Origin: Patescibacteria group bacterium
GTDB lineage: Bacteria > Patescibacteriota > Minisyncoccia > Phycocordibacterales > Phycocordibacteraceae
Length of the DNA: 64,000 bases
Assembly: GCA_029260935.1 (NCBI GenBank)
Contig: JAJDCJ010000005.1
Location: forward strand, 16,073-80,072
Reading direction: 5' to 3'
The notes below the pieces were generated by a model. That model was not told where the DNA came from. It made no database searches and saw nothing but the letters and a program-made list of their open reading frames with translations. The translations under genes were made by a program, and so were the position numbers. Positions 46,627 to 56,794 of this stretch are shown here, one piece after another; position 1 is the first letter of the stretch, and the number at the start of each line of letters is the position of its first letter.

Positions 46627-47796
46627 TTATGGTTTTTTCTTTTTCTCTTCGGATGTATTCTCGGTGGTTTTTTTGGTTTCAGGTAGGTTAATTTTAATAC
46701 CCAAAGATTCCCATAATTTCTCGCGCATGAATTGTTCGTGCGCATAGGTGTGGGCTTGTTGATGCTCAACGCCTTGCTCTACAAGTTTGTGTGCAAACTC
46801 AGATTCTTTTTTCTTGTCATCTTCTGTGAGTTCTGGTTTTTCTTCTTTGATAATCTTGGCGAAAATAATATCAAGTACCACTCGTTTTCTGGCGCTCACT
46901 TTCAACTCTTCCTTTACTTGCTCTTCGCTCTTTCCAGCACGACTCAGGTAGTCGCTCCACTGAGTGTTTTGTGCGGTCACATCTTTTTTGAACATTTCAA
47001 GGAGCGCCCCTGCCTCTTCACTTACAATAAAGTGCGGAATACTGCACGAAGCTTTGGTGATGAGCGCTTCTGCGACGGCGCCACGTCTTTTTTGTTGCAC
47101 GCGGTCAGCAACTGCCTTTTGTGCTTCTCCTTCAATAAAGTGTTCTAGTGCGGCTCCATTTTCAAACCCAGCGGTTTTCGCTTCCTCGTCAGTAAGTGGT
47201 GTGTCTGCATTTTTGTCTTGGCTGTCCTCTTTGTTTTCAGTATCTTTTTTATCAGAAGCGTCTTTTGTTTTATCTTCTGTTTCTACTCCTCCTGCAGCCG
47301 CTATATTTCCCTTGGCAAGAGCTCTGATTTGTGTACGGAAAGCCTGTTTTGCCTGACTCTCTTCTTTCTGTGTGTCCTCTTTAGGTAAGGTATTCAACAC
47401 GCTTTTTGCGATCTCCTTATAGTCAGCAAGTTCACACGTAGGTGCCACTAGTGCCACTATTTCAAAATCAACGTCGCCTTTTTCTGTGCCGTCGCCCCGT
47501 GTCTTTAAAGAAAGCGTAAGTGGTGCAATAGGAAATACTTCTTCTTTAGTTAACATCTCTTGTGTTTCTTCGCTTAATGCCTTTTCAGCTGCGTCTTTCC
47601 ACAGAAAACCTGCACCGACTTCTTCAATCACCTTCTTTTGAGGAACATGGCCCTTACGAAAACCGGGGAGGGAAACCTCTTTCACTGCCCCTTCAACTGC
47701 TTTTTCATAAAATTTCTCTACAACGCTTGATGAGAGTGTTCCTTTTAAGACCACTTCGGCGTTTTCTTTTATTTCTTTTATTATATCCATTGCCAT
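46627..47796 (-). CDS. tig: Trigger factor
   Basis: N-terminal ribosome-binding domain with the GFRKGHVP motif and a long acidic C-terminal domain. A terminator hairpin lies at 46469-46497. Confidence 0.75.
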   Translation of the reverse strand: MAMDIIKEIKENAEVVLKGTLSSSVVEKFYEKAVEGAVKEVSLPGFRKGHVPQKKVIEEVGAGFLWKDAAEKALSEETQEMLTKEEVFPIAPLTLSLKTRGDGTEKGDVDFEIVALVAPTCELADYKEIAKSVLNTLPKEDTQKEESQAKQAFRTQIRALAKGNIAAAGGVETEDKTKDASDKKDTENKEDSQDKNADTPLTDEEAKTAGFENGAALEHFIEGEAQKAVADRVQQKRRGAVAEALITKASCSIPHFIVSEEAGALLEMFKKDVTAQNTQWSDYLSRAGKSEEQVKEELKVSARKRVVLDIIFAKIIKEEKPELTEDDKKKESEFAHKLVEQGVEHQQAHTYAHEQFMREKLWESLGIKINLPETKKTTENTSEEKKKKP

Positions 47797-47821
47797 ATCC
47801 TACATGATTCTTATCAATAAA

Positions 47822-47858
47822 ACAAAAAACCGAAGCGCGCTTCGGTTTTTTGTTACAA
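47822..47858. terminator. Bidirectional rho-independent terminator
   Basis: aaaaaaccgaagcgcgcttcggttttttgtt. Confidence 0.7.
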
Positions 47859-47878
47859 CAGAAAAGAATTTCTATTCT

Positions 47879-48211
47879 CTACTGTAAGTTTAACTCTGCG
47901 TCTAGGTCGGCTTCAGCGGCATCAAGTCCAGAGAAATCAGAAGCATCTAGGTCGGCTTGAATATCATTGAGTTCAACTGATGCGCTCTGCGTACGAAGGA
48001 TCTCTTCTTCATCTTGCTGAGCTGTTGTTTGATCATCTGATTGAATTTGATCAATGCCAACAGTGAAGTAATACACTCCACCAAGCGCAAGCAAAATAAC
48101 AATAATAATGATCCCAATAATGGCCCCAGCTCCTCCTGAATGTCCTCCGGATGGTGGTGTCACCGACGTTGGCGTTGGTGTGGTTGTTTGTTCTTGTTCT
48201 ACGTTCTCCAT
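47879..48211 (-). CDS. Hypothetical small membrane protein with acidic C-terminal tail
   Basis: One TM helix (IIGIIIIVILLALGGVYYF) and a D/E-rich C-terminus. Confidence 0.4.
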   Translation of the reverse strand: MENVEQEQTTTPTPTSVTPPSGGHSGGAGAIIGIIIIVILLALGGVYYFTVGIDQIQSDDQTTAQQDEEEILRTQSASVELNDIQADLDASDFSGLDAAEADLDAELNLQ

Positions 48212-48241
48212 ATTAGCTTAGTATACACGAAGATTAGGTGG

Positions 48242-49099
48242 TTAATTTGAGTCTGTTTCACTATCCTCATCGTGATCATCGTCGTCATTGTTATCCTCGT
48301 CGCGGTCTTCATCCCTACTATCCGTCAAGATTCTTACTGCCTCCCGAACAGATTTATGTGCGTCTTTTATATTATCTCTTGCGTCCTTGATAACTTCTTT
48401 GGCATCTTTAAGTGCCTCTCGTAAATCTTCCCGTGTGAGGTCTTCACCTGACCCAAACACTGAAGAGATAATACCGTCAAGTTCAATCAGGTTGGCTTCA
48501 GCTGAAGACAGCTCAAAGAGGGCTTCGTCAAGATGAAGTCGTGCACCTGTAGTGTCTATCCCGCGCGCGTCAAGGTTGTCTGTATGGGTTTCAATGCGTG
48601 CAATAAACCCTTCAATTCTTTCAATTGATGCGTCAAGGAGTCGGATGAAACGATTGAGGTGTGCCTCGGCTCTATCAACAACTCTGTCGCCAAGAGCTTG
48701 GTCGCGCCTGTCGCGACGGTCATGAGACTCATCCCGGATTCTTTGACGTACATCGCTATGAGAAGACTCGCTTCTTTCACGAACCTCACTACGATGTTCT
48801 TCTGTACGACCCTGTGCGTCACGCACTTCACTGCGAACCTCTTCACGTTTTTGAAGCGTGCGTGTTTTAACATCAACACGTTTTTCTTTAAGAGATTCTT
48901 TTCTTTCTTTGATTCGCTCGCGAATAAGAGTCGGTGTTGGACGATCTTTTTTCACTTCACCGAACAGTTCAGGGTGTGGTCCGCGACTATCGGTGTCCAC
49001 ATCATCGTCTGCGTGGGCAAACCCCGAAGGGGCAACGAGAAGTAGCCCAAGTATTACGAAACCAAATAAGGTTTGCTTTGCAACTATTTGTAATGTCAT
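48242..49099 (-). CDS. Secreted charged coiled-coil protein (DUF5667-like), hypothetical
   Basis: Signal peptide and repeated EVR/DxR charged heptad-like segments. Proteins of this type are common in CPR genomes. Confidence 0.45.
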   Translation of the reverse strand: MTLQIVAKQTLFGFVILGLLLVAPSGFAHADDDVDTDSRGPHPELFGEVKKDRPTPTLIRERIKERKESLKEKRVDVKTRTLQKREEVRSEVRDAQGRTEEHRSEVRERSESSHSDVRQRIRDESHDRRDRRDQALGDRVVDRAEAHLNRFIRLLDASIERIEGFIARIETHTDNLDARGIDTTGARLHLDEALFELSSAEANLIELDGIISSVFGSGEDLTREDLREALKDAKEVIKDARDNIKDAHKSVREAVRILTDSRDEDRDEDNNDDDDHDEDSETDSN

Positions 49100-49262
49100 A
49101 GGTGGAATAATTTAATTTTTAGAATAATATATCAGTCAACAGAAAGCTTGCTTCCAAACTCACTTCTCTACATTCTATAACGTTTTTTTTGTGTTTCTTA
49201 TTATAAAAACCCCCTCGTGGGGGTTCAAAAGCGCTCTTTAGCTAGTATGTTATTACCGTGAA

Positions 49263-50312
49263 CTAGAAGGGATTCCGGGCACCGCGTACTTCAAAGTGAA
49301 GATGGGGGCCTGTTGACCGTCCCGTATTACCAACGGCACCAATCACTTGACCTTGCACTACATAAGCGCCGGCAAACACATACGTGTTGGAGAGATGAGC
49401 ATAGAGTGTTTGTGTTCCGTTGTTGTGACGCACTACGATGTACTGTCCATAGCCACCGTTGTATCCAAAACTACGAGAGAGAATAACTTGACCTGAAGCC
49501 GAAGCAAGCACTGCGGTTCCTGTTCTCGCTGCAATATCAATGCCGTTGTATCCATGAATACCCTGACTTCGTCTTCCGCCGACTATTGGTCGTAAGAAGT
49601 AGCCGTCAAGTGAAGGGCCGCCAGCGCCGCGCGCAACTGAACGGATTGACGCTGAAGAAATGGTTTGAGGAGCGGCACCATAGGGAACAATGACAATATC
49701 TCCTACTGCAAGCGAGGCGTCTGCGCTTAAGGAGTTAAAATCAAGCACCTCATCAAGCTCTCCTTTGTATTTTTTGGTAATTGAAGCCAGTGTTTCGCCT
49801 TTCTTGACCGTATGCCGTATGCCGGAGACTGGCAAAATTGCCAGAGTTTCCCCGGGGCGAATAACATTGCCACGCGCAAGGTCGTTTGCCCAGATAATAG
49901 TATTAGTTGAAACATTGAAAAGCTCAGCAATTTGGGAGAGTGTGTCGCCTTCACGAACTACATATATTGAAATCTGATCAGCCCCTGGATGTGCCACCTC
50001 AATGTCGGCAAGTGTACCTGAGGGACCAATTTCAGGAACCAAAGCAACACCGCCGGCTATAGTAATATCTCCCCCTCCCTTTGCTGGGTTCGGATCAACG
50101 TTAAGTGCTGCTCTGAGCGCCGGTGTTTCCGAAACCCGGTGGAGTCGTATGTCACTTGAAGCGCGTACTAAACTTGATCCAAAAGAGAGAATGCTTTGTA
50201 TAGAAAACGCATGGGTGTTTTGTGGCACCACCGCAAAGGTAAGCGCAAGAAGCCCTATTAAAGATACGGCAAGCGCTTTTTTTTCTGTTGCTTGTTGAGT
50301 TATTTTTCTCAC
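49263..50312 (-). CDS. LysM-domain M23 family peptidoglycan metalloendopeptidase
   Basis: Two LysM repeats (YVVREGDTLSQIA; HTVKKGETLASIT) and the M23 motifs H..GIDIAA...HLHFEVR. Confidence 0.85.
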   Translation of the reverse strand: MRKITQQATEKKALAVSLIGLLALTFAVVPQNTHAFSIQSILSFGSSLVRASSDIRLHRVSETPALRAALNVDPNPAKGGGDITIAGGVALVPEIGPSGTLADIEVAHPGADQISIYVVREGDTLSQIAELFNVSTNTIIWANDLARGNVIRPGETLAILPVSGIRHTVKKGETLASITKKYKGELDEVLDFNSLSADASLAVGDIVIVPYGAAPQTISSASIRSVARGAGGPSLDGYFLRPIVGGRRSQGIHGYNGIDIAARTGTAVLASASGQVILSRSFGYNGGYGQYIVVRHNNGTQTLYAHLSNTYVFAGAYVVQGQVIGAVGNTGRSTGPHLHFEVRGARNPF

Positions 50313-50608
50313 TGTCTCAACAAGGTTGTTGTGTTTTTTTCCTATAAGAATTCCCCTCGGGAGCTGTAATCAGTGGTTTCAGAATGTGGCTTTGTTAAGC
50401 CATATACAACCGTCTTCTGTGTGTCAGAATATGACCACTATACGCTCCACGAGAGGGAAGTCAATGCGAAAAAAAAGTCTTCGTGGACAGTGTTAAAAGC
50501 TTGACATTGGCACTTTAATGTTATATTGTACGGTAAATTTCGGACGCGAGTAGAGGCCATTAATAATACGCCTGCATTACTTTCCGTACGTTTTTACTTT
50601 AAAACATT

Positions 50609-52285
50609 ATGATACTTTACGAACTGTTAAACACACTTGATATAGACCCTGTCACACTCACCAAAAGAGTTTTAGGGGTGACACTAGAAAATACTACCGC
50701 GTCTCTGGACACGACAGCTTCATCAAATGTGACCGAAACACTTCTTCCAGTTGATAGCTCTACAGTAGTAGAGGAGATGCCTTATGGAGCGAGCGACACT
50801 ACAGGAGACGCAGTGTCTGCGCCCGAATCAGAGACTATTAGTGACGCCGTGATAATTGAAGAGGTTAGTGTTCCATGCCCTGACACGTACGTTATTGAAA
50901 ATGAAATAGTTATTTCACCAGGGTGTACGGGAGTTATCCAAGGGCTTCAAGAGTGGGCACAAAATGCTATCAGCAGTGGCGCCGGCATTGATACGTATCC
51001 TCAGGGGTCTGTTCCTGACCGCTTAATTGAAGCCATGCTTTCAGGAAACGGCTCAGAGGTAGCAACTGATATTGCAAAAGAACAAGGACTTTTTATACCT
51101 GACGCTGAAAAAGATAGTTTTAATTTATACAAAGATTCTATTATTAGCATGGACCAAGATGGTGGGCTACACATTGTTAATCCGAACGGGAGCACCGCAC
51201 ATACCTTGTGGAACCAGTGCGACCAAAACCCCTACACTGGCACGCGCATGATTGCAACAGGGCCTTGTGTGCCGTGTACACCTGAAGTAGTCCCGGTGCC
51301 TGAGATCATTCCAGAGCCAGAACCTGTGCCACTAGTAGCTGAACTACCACCCGAGCCAGAACAACCGTCAGTTGTAGAGCACCCACCGATCGCCGACAAC
51401 TACTCTGTGTGGAAACAAGAGCTTCTTCTTGGGTGTGTTGACAATGTATGTTCAAACACTGCCTACGGCACCGTTATTGTTGTCCAACCTGAGATTGCAA
51501 ATATGAGCCCGAAAGAACTTCTTGAAAAGGGAAGAGAGATTGCAAAAATAGTTCCCGATGGATATCAGGAAGTGCTTAACCCAGAAAAGCGATTTATTAT
51601 GCTCGGCGATGGGCGATGTATTAGTTTATATGACGGCCATGTCTACCGCTACGACCCAAATGTCGGCGGCCCACGCTCGCTTATTCATGAATTGAAGCCA
51701 GATCAGGTTGATGACTACCTACGAAGCACGCTTGATGGAGAAAGTGATGTTATTCCGACACCGGGCGAGCCGTTGAGGTTAATACCTGCTGATATTGACG
51801 GGGATGGTAAGGCAGACACACTTTACCAAACGGATCGTTCAGTTGACAGCACAAAGTTCCTCACACAACACAATGCGGGTCACGATATTTTTGGAGATAA
51901 AGGTGGACTTGTGCCAGGAGAAGACGGTTACAGCGACCAAGTGATTGAAAACCAGCGAACCTGGAATAAAATGTTATCTCTATCACTACCGGAAGATCTT
52001 AATCCAATAACAAACCCTGATTTGACCCGCGATGGATTTCTTGAAGCACTTGACGATTACTATGACAGTGAAGGTATTCATCTTTCCAAGAAAGAGTTGA
52101 ATGACCTCGCGTGGTACTTAAGTGTGTATGACACCGAGTCAGCACCGGGTGCTCTAGGATCACCGGCTAACATTGATAACCAAAACTATACGTCGTTCAC
52201 CCGACCTGATGGTTCAATGAAAACACTGGGCGAGTTCCTTGAAGACGCCGCCGTTGAGGCAAAAAAGCAAGGAGACATGTACTAG
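50609..52285 (+). CDS. Hypothetical large protein with a Pro-rich linker and an FG-GAP/calcium-binding-like DIDGDGKAD motif
   Basis: A 558-aa ORF followed by terminator hairpin 52305-52340. No catalytic motif was recognised. Confidence 0.45.
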   Translation: MILYELLNTLDIDPVTLTKRVLGVTLENTTASLDTTASSNVTETLLPVDSSTVVEEMPYGASDTTGDAVSAPESETISDAVIIEEVSVPCPDTYVIENEIVISPGCTGVIQGLQEWAQNAISSGAGIDTYPQGSVPDRLIEAMLSGNGSEVATDIAKEQGLFIPDAEKDSFNLYKDSIISMDQDGGLHIVNPNGSTAHTLWNQCDQNPYTGTRMIATGPCVPCTPEVVPVPEIIPEPEPVPLVAELPPEPEQPSVVEHPPIADNYSVWKQELLLGCVDNVCSNTAYGTVIVVQPEIANMSPKELLEKGREIAKIVPDGYQEVLNPEKRFIMLGDGRCISLYDGHVYRYDPNVGGPRSLIHELKPDQVDDYLRSTLDGESDVIPTPGEPLRLIPADIDGDGKADTLYQTDRSVDSTKFLTQHNAGHDIFGDKGGLVPGEDGYSDQVIENQRTWNKMLSLSLPEDLNPITNPDLTRDGFLEALDDYYDSEGIHLSKKELNDLAWYLSVYDTESAPGALGSPANIDNQNYTSFTRPDGSMKTLGEFLEDAAVEAKKQGDMY

Positions 52286-52304
52286 TTTTATAGACGGCAC
52301 TTCT

Positions 52305-52340
52305 TTCCATCACCGCCTCACATAAGGCGGTGATTTTTTA
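52305..52340 (+). terminator. Rho-independent terminator
   Basis: atcaccgcctcacataaggcggtgattttttat. Confidence 0.65.
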
Positions 52341-52505
52341 TACATAATACTTTTCTACAAACACAGACATCAAAATATGGACACGGCGTGTCCATATTTT
52401 GATGCGGATAGAGAAAAACTTTTATTGCACAGAAGCAAAACGTATAGCCCCCATGGTGTAAAAATAAGTGTAGGGGTATAGTGAGTACACTCTGCAACTT
52501 TTTTC

Positions 52506-54482
52506 ATGCACGACTCCCTCAATCCACAACAAAAAAAAGCAGTACTCCATAAAAATGGCGCGCTTTTAATTTTGGCAGGGGCGGGAGCTGGTAAAACACG
52601 CGTTATTACACACCGTATTGCAGATATTATCCGCGAAGGGACTCCGCCCGAGAAAATTTTAGCGGTGACCTTTACCAACAAAGCGGCAAAAGAGATGCGC
52701 GAGCGCGTTGAGAAAATTACGAGAGAGCAGTGGGAACTTTCACCGTACGATACGCCACGTACAGCGCCGTTTATCGGTACCTTTCACGCACTGTCGCTTC
52801 ACATTATAAAAACATTTCATACACAGGCGAATTTACCAAAACGTTTTAGTATTTTTGACCGCTCAGATTCACTCAAAGCTGTAAAAAAGGCAATAGAACA
52901 GGCAGGTTTTGACCCGAAAGAGCTGGAACCGCGACGTGTACTTTCAGTGATGGGTCGCGCAAAAGGGGACGCGCTTTCGGTTGAGACATTTAAAAATGAA
53001 CGTACCTCTTCTTATATTGATGAGGCAATAGCAGAGGTGTGGGAGAAATATGACGCTCTTTTAAGAAAAGAACACGCGCTTGATTTTGACGATATTTTAG
53101 TGCGCGCATGGCGCCTCCTCAAAGACCACACAGAGGTACGTGATTTTTTTCAAAGCGCATGGGACTACATCCACGTTGATGAGTACCAGGATACAAACCG
53201 CGTGCAGTATGAATTGATAAAACTATTGTCAGAAAATCACGGCAACGTGTGTGCGGTGGGTGACGCCGACCAAAATATTTACAGTTGGCGGGGTGCCTCA
53301 CTTAAACATATTCTAAATTTTGAAAAAGATTTCCCTGATGCAACACTACTTTTGCTTACCCAAAATTACCGCTCAACTAAAACAATCATACAAGCGGCAA
53401 ACGACGCCATTGCAAAAAATATACAAAGGAAAGAAAAAGAGCTGTTTACTGAAAACACAGACGGGGAACGTATTTCACTTGTTGAACATCACGACGAAAC
53501 ACGCGAGGCGCAGTTTATTGCCAGTGAGTGTCGTGTACTTATTGAAAGAGGCGCCTCACCAAATAATATTGCTGTGTTGTATCGGGCTAATTTTCAGTCA
53601 CGTATTTTGGAAGAAGCGTTTTTAGCCTTCGGCGTTCCGTACCAAGTATTAGGAACACGTTTTTTTGAACGCAAAGAAATAAAAGACACGTTGTCATATA
53701 TTCGCTTGGCACTCAACCCGGAAAGTACCACCGACCTTGCACGCATTATGAATGTTCCTGCGCGCGGTATTGGAAAAGTAACACTTGCAAAAGTGGTAAA
53801 CGGCGGACGCGTGACACTGAATGCCGCACAAGAAATAAAAGTCGCTGACTTCTTTTCTCGTATAGAACGCATACGTACTGTATTAAAAACAAGGAAGGTT
53901 TCAGAGGCAGTTCATTTTGTAATACGTGAAAGTGGACTGCTGGGAATGTACAAAGAAGGGAAGGGAGAGGATGAGGAACGTGCAGAAAACCTTGCCGAGC
54001 TGGTAAGTGTTGCCACTAAATATGATTCTTTTGAGTCAGAAGAAGGTATGCAGTTGTTTGTAGAGGAGGCGATGTTGCAATCAGATCAAGATGAACTTTC
54101 AAGCGAATTATCTGACCAAAAAAAGCAAAAAGAGAAAGAAAAGAAAGACGGGGTAAAACTCATGACAATTCACGCGGCAAAGGGTTTGGAGTTTAATACT
54201 GTCTTTGTTGCAGGGCTTGAAGAGGGGTTGTTTCCGCACGAGAGAGACAGCTCAGACACGATGGACACCGAGGAAGAACGGCGTCTTTTCTATGTGGCAC
54301 TCACTCGTGCAGAACAAAAGCTGTATCTTACCTACGCACTGAGTAGAAGAATTTTTGGCACTCGTTCACTGAATATCCCTTCAACATTTGTCACTGAAAT
54401 AGACCCTGCCCTTGTTGACGTAACGGTTGCCGAAACAAACTTTTTAGACGATAGTGGTGGTACTGATGGCATTATTTTCTAA
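52506..54482 (+). CDS. pcrA: ATP-dependent DNA helicase PcrA/UvrD (superfamily 1)
   Basis: Walker A AGAGAGKT, and helicase motifs II DEYQDTN, III, V and VI (VALTRA); 658 aa. Confidence 0.9.
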   Translation: MHDSLNPQQKKAVLHKNGALLILAGAGAGKTRVITHRIADIIREGTPPEKILAVTFTNKAAKEMRERVEKITREQWELSPYDTPRTAPFIGTFHALSLHIIKTFHTQANLPKRFSIFDRSDSLKAVKKAIEQAGFDPKELEPRRVLSVMGRAKGDALSVETFKNERTSSYIDEAIAEVWEKYDALLRKEHALDFDDILVRAWRLLKDHTEVRDFFQSAWDYIHVDEYQDTNRVQYELIKLLSENHGNVCAVGDADQNIYSWRGASLKHILNFEKDFPDATLLLLTQNYRSTKTIIQAANDAIAKNIQRKEKELFTENTDGERISLVEHHDETREAQFIASECRVLIERGASPNNIAVLYRANFQSRILEEAFLAFGVPYQVLGTRFFERKEIKDTLSYIRLALNPESTTDLARIMNVPARGIGKVTLAKVVNGGRVTLNAAQEIKVADFFSRIERIRTVLKTRKVSEAVHFVIRESGLLGMYKEGKGEDEERAENLAELVSVATKYDSFESEEGMQLFVEEAMLQSDQDELSSELSDQKKQKEKEKKDGVKLMTIHAAKGLEFNTVFVAGLEEGLFPHERDSSDTMDTEEERRLFYVALTRAEQKLYLTYALSRRIFGTRSLNIPSTFVTEIDPALVDVTVAETNFLDDSGGTDGIIF

Positions 54483-55350
54483 TAAAAAAAATAAGGGAGC
54501 ACCGCTTGGGCAACACTTTTTAACGTCACGGTACATCGCGCGCGACGTGTGTGAGGCGGTTGATGTTACCAAAGGTGAAACCATTCTTGAAGTAGGGCCG
54601 GGGAAGGGAATCTTAACCCACGAACTTCTTGAAAAAGGAGCGTCTCTTATTGCAGTTGAAAAAGACTCTGAAATGGTTATAGCTCTCAAAGAAACTTTTG
54701 CAAAAGAAATTTCAAACGGTCAACTGACGCTTTACGAAGAAGATGCGCGCACTTTTTTACTGAATGCTAAGCACTCATTACCGGATGCTGGGTACAAAGT
54801 CGTTGCAAACATTCCGTACTATATAACCGGTGAGTTGTTACGACTTTTTTTAACCGCGCCCGTACAACCAACCGCTGTTTCTTTGTTGGTGCAAAAAGAA
54901 GTTGCCGAACGTATTGCGCGAGAGAAAAAAGAAAGTATTCTTTCGCTTTCAGTTAAGGCGTATGGTACTCCTCGGTATGTAAAAACAGTAAAAGCAGGGA
55001 GTTTCAACCCTGCACCAAAGGTAGACTCTGCGATTCTTGCAATTACAAATATCTCAAGAAAAAATTTCACCCCCAACCCCCATATGCTTGATGTCCGACA
55101 TCAAGCATATGGGGGAGAAGAGGGCGTAGCAGAAAAGGAGAAGAGGTTTTTTGAACTCCTCCATGTCGGCTTTGGACAGAAAAGAAAAACACTCCTTGGC
55201 AATATAAAAAGAGCATTCGGCAGTGAGCACTCAGCAGTGAGCGCTGTGAAAATTGAAAAGGTTTTTGAAAAATGCAACCTAGATAAAAAAGTGCGGGCGG
55301 AGGATGTGCCACTTGAAACATGGCTCATCCTTGCGCGAGAGCTTTTATAG
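54454..55350 (+). CDS. rsmA: 16S rRNA (adenine1518/1519-N6)-dimethyltransferase RsmA/KsgA
   Basis: LGQHFL start motif, VLEVGPGKGILT SAM motif and NIPY motif. Overlaps the pcrA end. Confidence 0.85.
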   Translation: MVVLMALFSNKKNKGAPLGQHFLTSRYIARDVCEAVDVTKGETILEVGPGKGILTHELLEKGASLIAVEKDSEMVIALKETFAKEISNGQLTLYEEDARTFLLNAKHSLPDAGYKVVANIPYYITGELLRLFLTAPVQPTAVSLLVQKEVAERIAREKKESILSLSVKAYGTPRYVKTVKAGSFNPAPKVDSAILAITNISRKNFTPNPHMLDVRHQAYGGEEGVAEKEKRFFELLHVGFGQKRKTLLGNIKRAFGSEHSAVSAVKIEKVFEKCNLDKKVRAEDVPLETWLILARELL

Positions 55351-55354
55351 AAAA

Positions 55355-55729
55355 CTAAAAACCGAGTTTACTTGACCCGTGCCCCGGCGCACTGTCTATT
55401 TTAATACCCACGATACTTGTTTTAATGCCTGTAATACACGTGATGTCAGGGATGCCCGAGCCAAGACCCCACTGCCCTTTCCTTGTGAGGGGACCGAAAA
55501 GATATGAGCGAGTAAATCCTGGCTGTGTAATTGCACTAAAAGGACCAAAGGTATTGCCTAAAAACCCAATCATTTCAACGGCAAATGCGCCGGGAATGTT
55601 CAAACATGGCTGAGGAGCCGGGGAAATGACGCGTCCTCCAAAGGGAACCAGGGCAAAACTAGAAAGAGGAAAACTGAATGCGAGTATGGTGCCGAAAATA
55701 AAAACAATCTTTTTCATTATTTTTACCAT
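55355..55729 (-). CDS. Small secreted protein, hypothetical
   Basis: Signal peptide (MKKIVFIFGTILAFSFPLSSFA) and a Gly/Pro-rich mature region. Confidence 0.4.
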   Translation of the reverse strand: MVKIMKKIVFIFGTILAFSFPLSSFALVPFGGRVISPAPQPCLNIPGAFAVEMIGFLGNTFGPFSAITQPGFTRSYLFGPLTRKGQWGLGSGIPDITCITGIKTSIVGIKIDSAPGHGSSKLGF

Positions 55730-55855
55730 ACCACACAGAAAAAACCCGTTCGTTTAAAACGGGTATAGTGCTCGCGTTTTACAGAAATACCTATCAACAG
55801 AAACCACCGCTTGTGGCGCTCCTGAAAGAAATCAAGGGGGTATACTGGAAGGACA

Positions 55856-56794
55856 ATGATAGACCGAAAATCACTCGGTATTCTTGCAGTTGCGACACTG
55901 ATTGCGCTCGGTGCCATAGGCCTTGCCATCGTCTTTGCATCTCAGAAACCACAAGATGCTACTGTAGCCGAAATTTCGGTTGTAGAAAATCGCCTCGCAG
56001 ATGCTGTTTCCGCGTCAGTTGTGGGCGGAAACCAAAACCAAGATCCTGACGAAGACGGTCTTTTAAACTGGAGAGAAACTTTGTGGGGCACTGACCCTCA
56101 TAACCCAGACACTGATGGAGATGGTGTTTCAGATGGAGAAGAAGTTGCACTCGGTGCTAACCCACTCAAACACGGCACTGAATTAATTTCAGAAAATGAC
56201 ACATACGAGGCTCCTCGTGGACTCGCTCCAACCGATGCACTGGCGCGCGAGATATTTATTGGCTACGCAAATGCAAAACAAGATGGAGAGTTTAGTGAAG
56301 AAGAAATAAGTGTTGCTTTTGCCGATATTCTTGCGCGGAAAATACAAGAAGGTACTGAAGTGAAAAAAGTCTATACTCTTTCTGATATTTTAATTGATCC
56401 ACAACTTTCAATTGAAGAGTATGAACGCGCATTTTCTTCAATTATCAGAAAAACAACTGCTGTGCGCGAGTATGAATTAAATGTCTTTTCACGTGCAGTG
56501 ACTGATGGACAATCAAGCGAACTTACAAAACTCATCACCAGTGCTCTTATATACGAGACCGTGCGTGATGAATTGTTGACACTCAACGTTCCTGAAAGAG
56601 TCGCCCGCGAACACCTGGAAGCAATAAATACTCTCTCAGGACTTGCCAGCGCGACCACAAACTTGAGCGCCTGGAGCGGTGATCCATTTGACGCGCTTGC
56701 TTTGGTTAATAGTTTTTCTAATGCTGAAGATGATTTTTCAGATGGACTACTTGGTCTCTACTCATTAGTGCGTGCCATTGAGCAACAATCATGA
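55856..56794 (+). CDS. Membrane-anchored protein with thrombospondin-type-3-like Ca-binding Asp-rich repeats, hypothetical
   Basis: N-terminal TM helix and the motifs DPDEDGLLNWRE...DPHNPDTDGDGVSDGEE. It is the first gene of the T4SS-like cluster. Confidence 0.45.
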   Translation: MIDRKSLGILAVATLIALGAIGLAIVFASQKPQDATVAEISVVENRLADAVSASVVGGNQNQDPDEDGLLNWRETLWGTDPHNPDTDGDGVSDGEEVALGANPLKHGTELISENDTYEAPRGLAPTDALAREIFIGYANAKQDGEFSEEEISVAFADILARKIQEGTEVKKVYTLSDILIDPQLSIEEYERAFSSIIRKTTAVREYELNVFSRAVTDGQSSELTKLITSALIYETVRDELLTLNVPERVAREHLEAINTLSGLASATTNLSAWSGDPFDALALVNSFSNAEDDFSDGLLGLYSLVRAIEQQS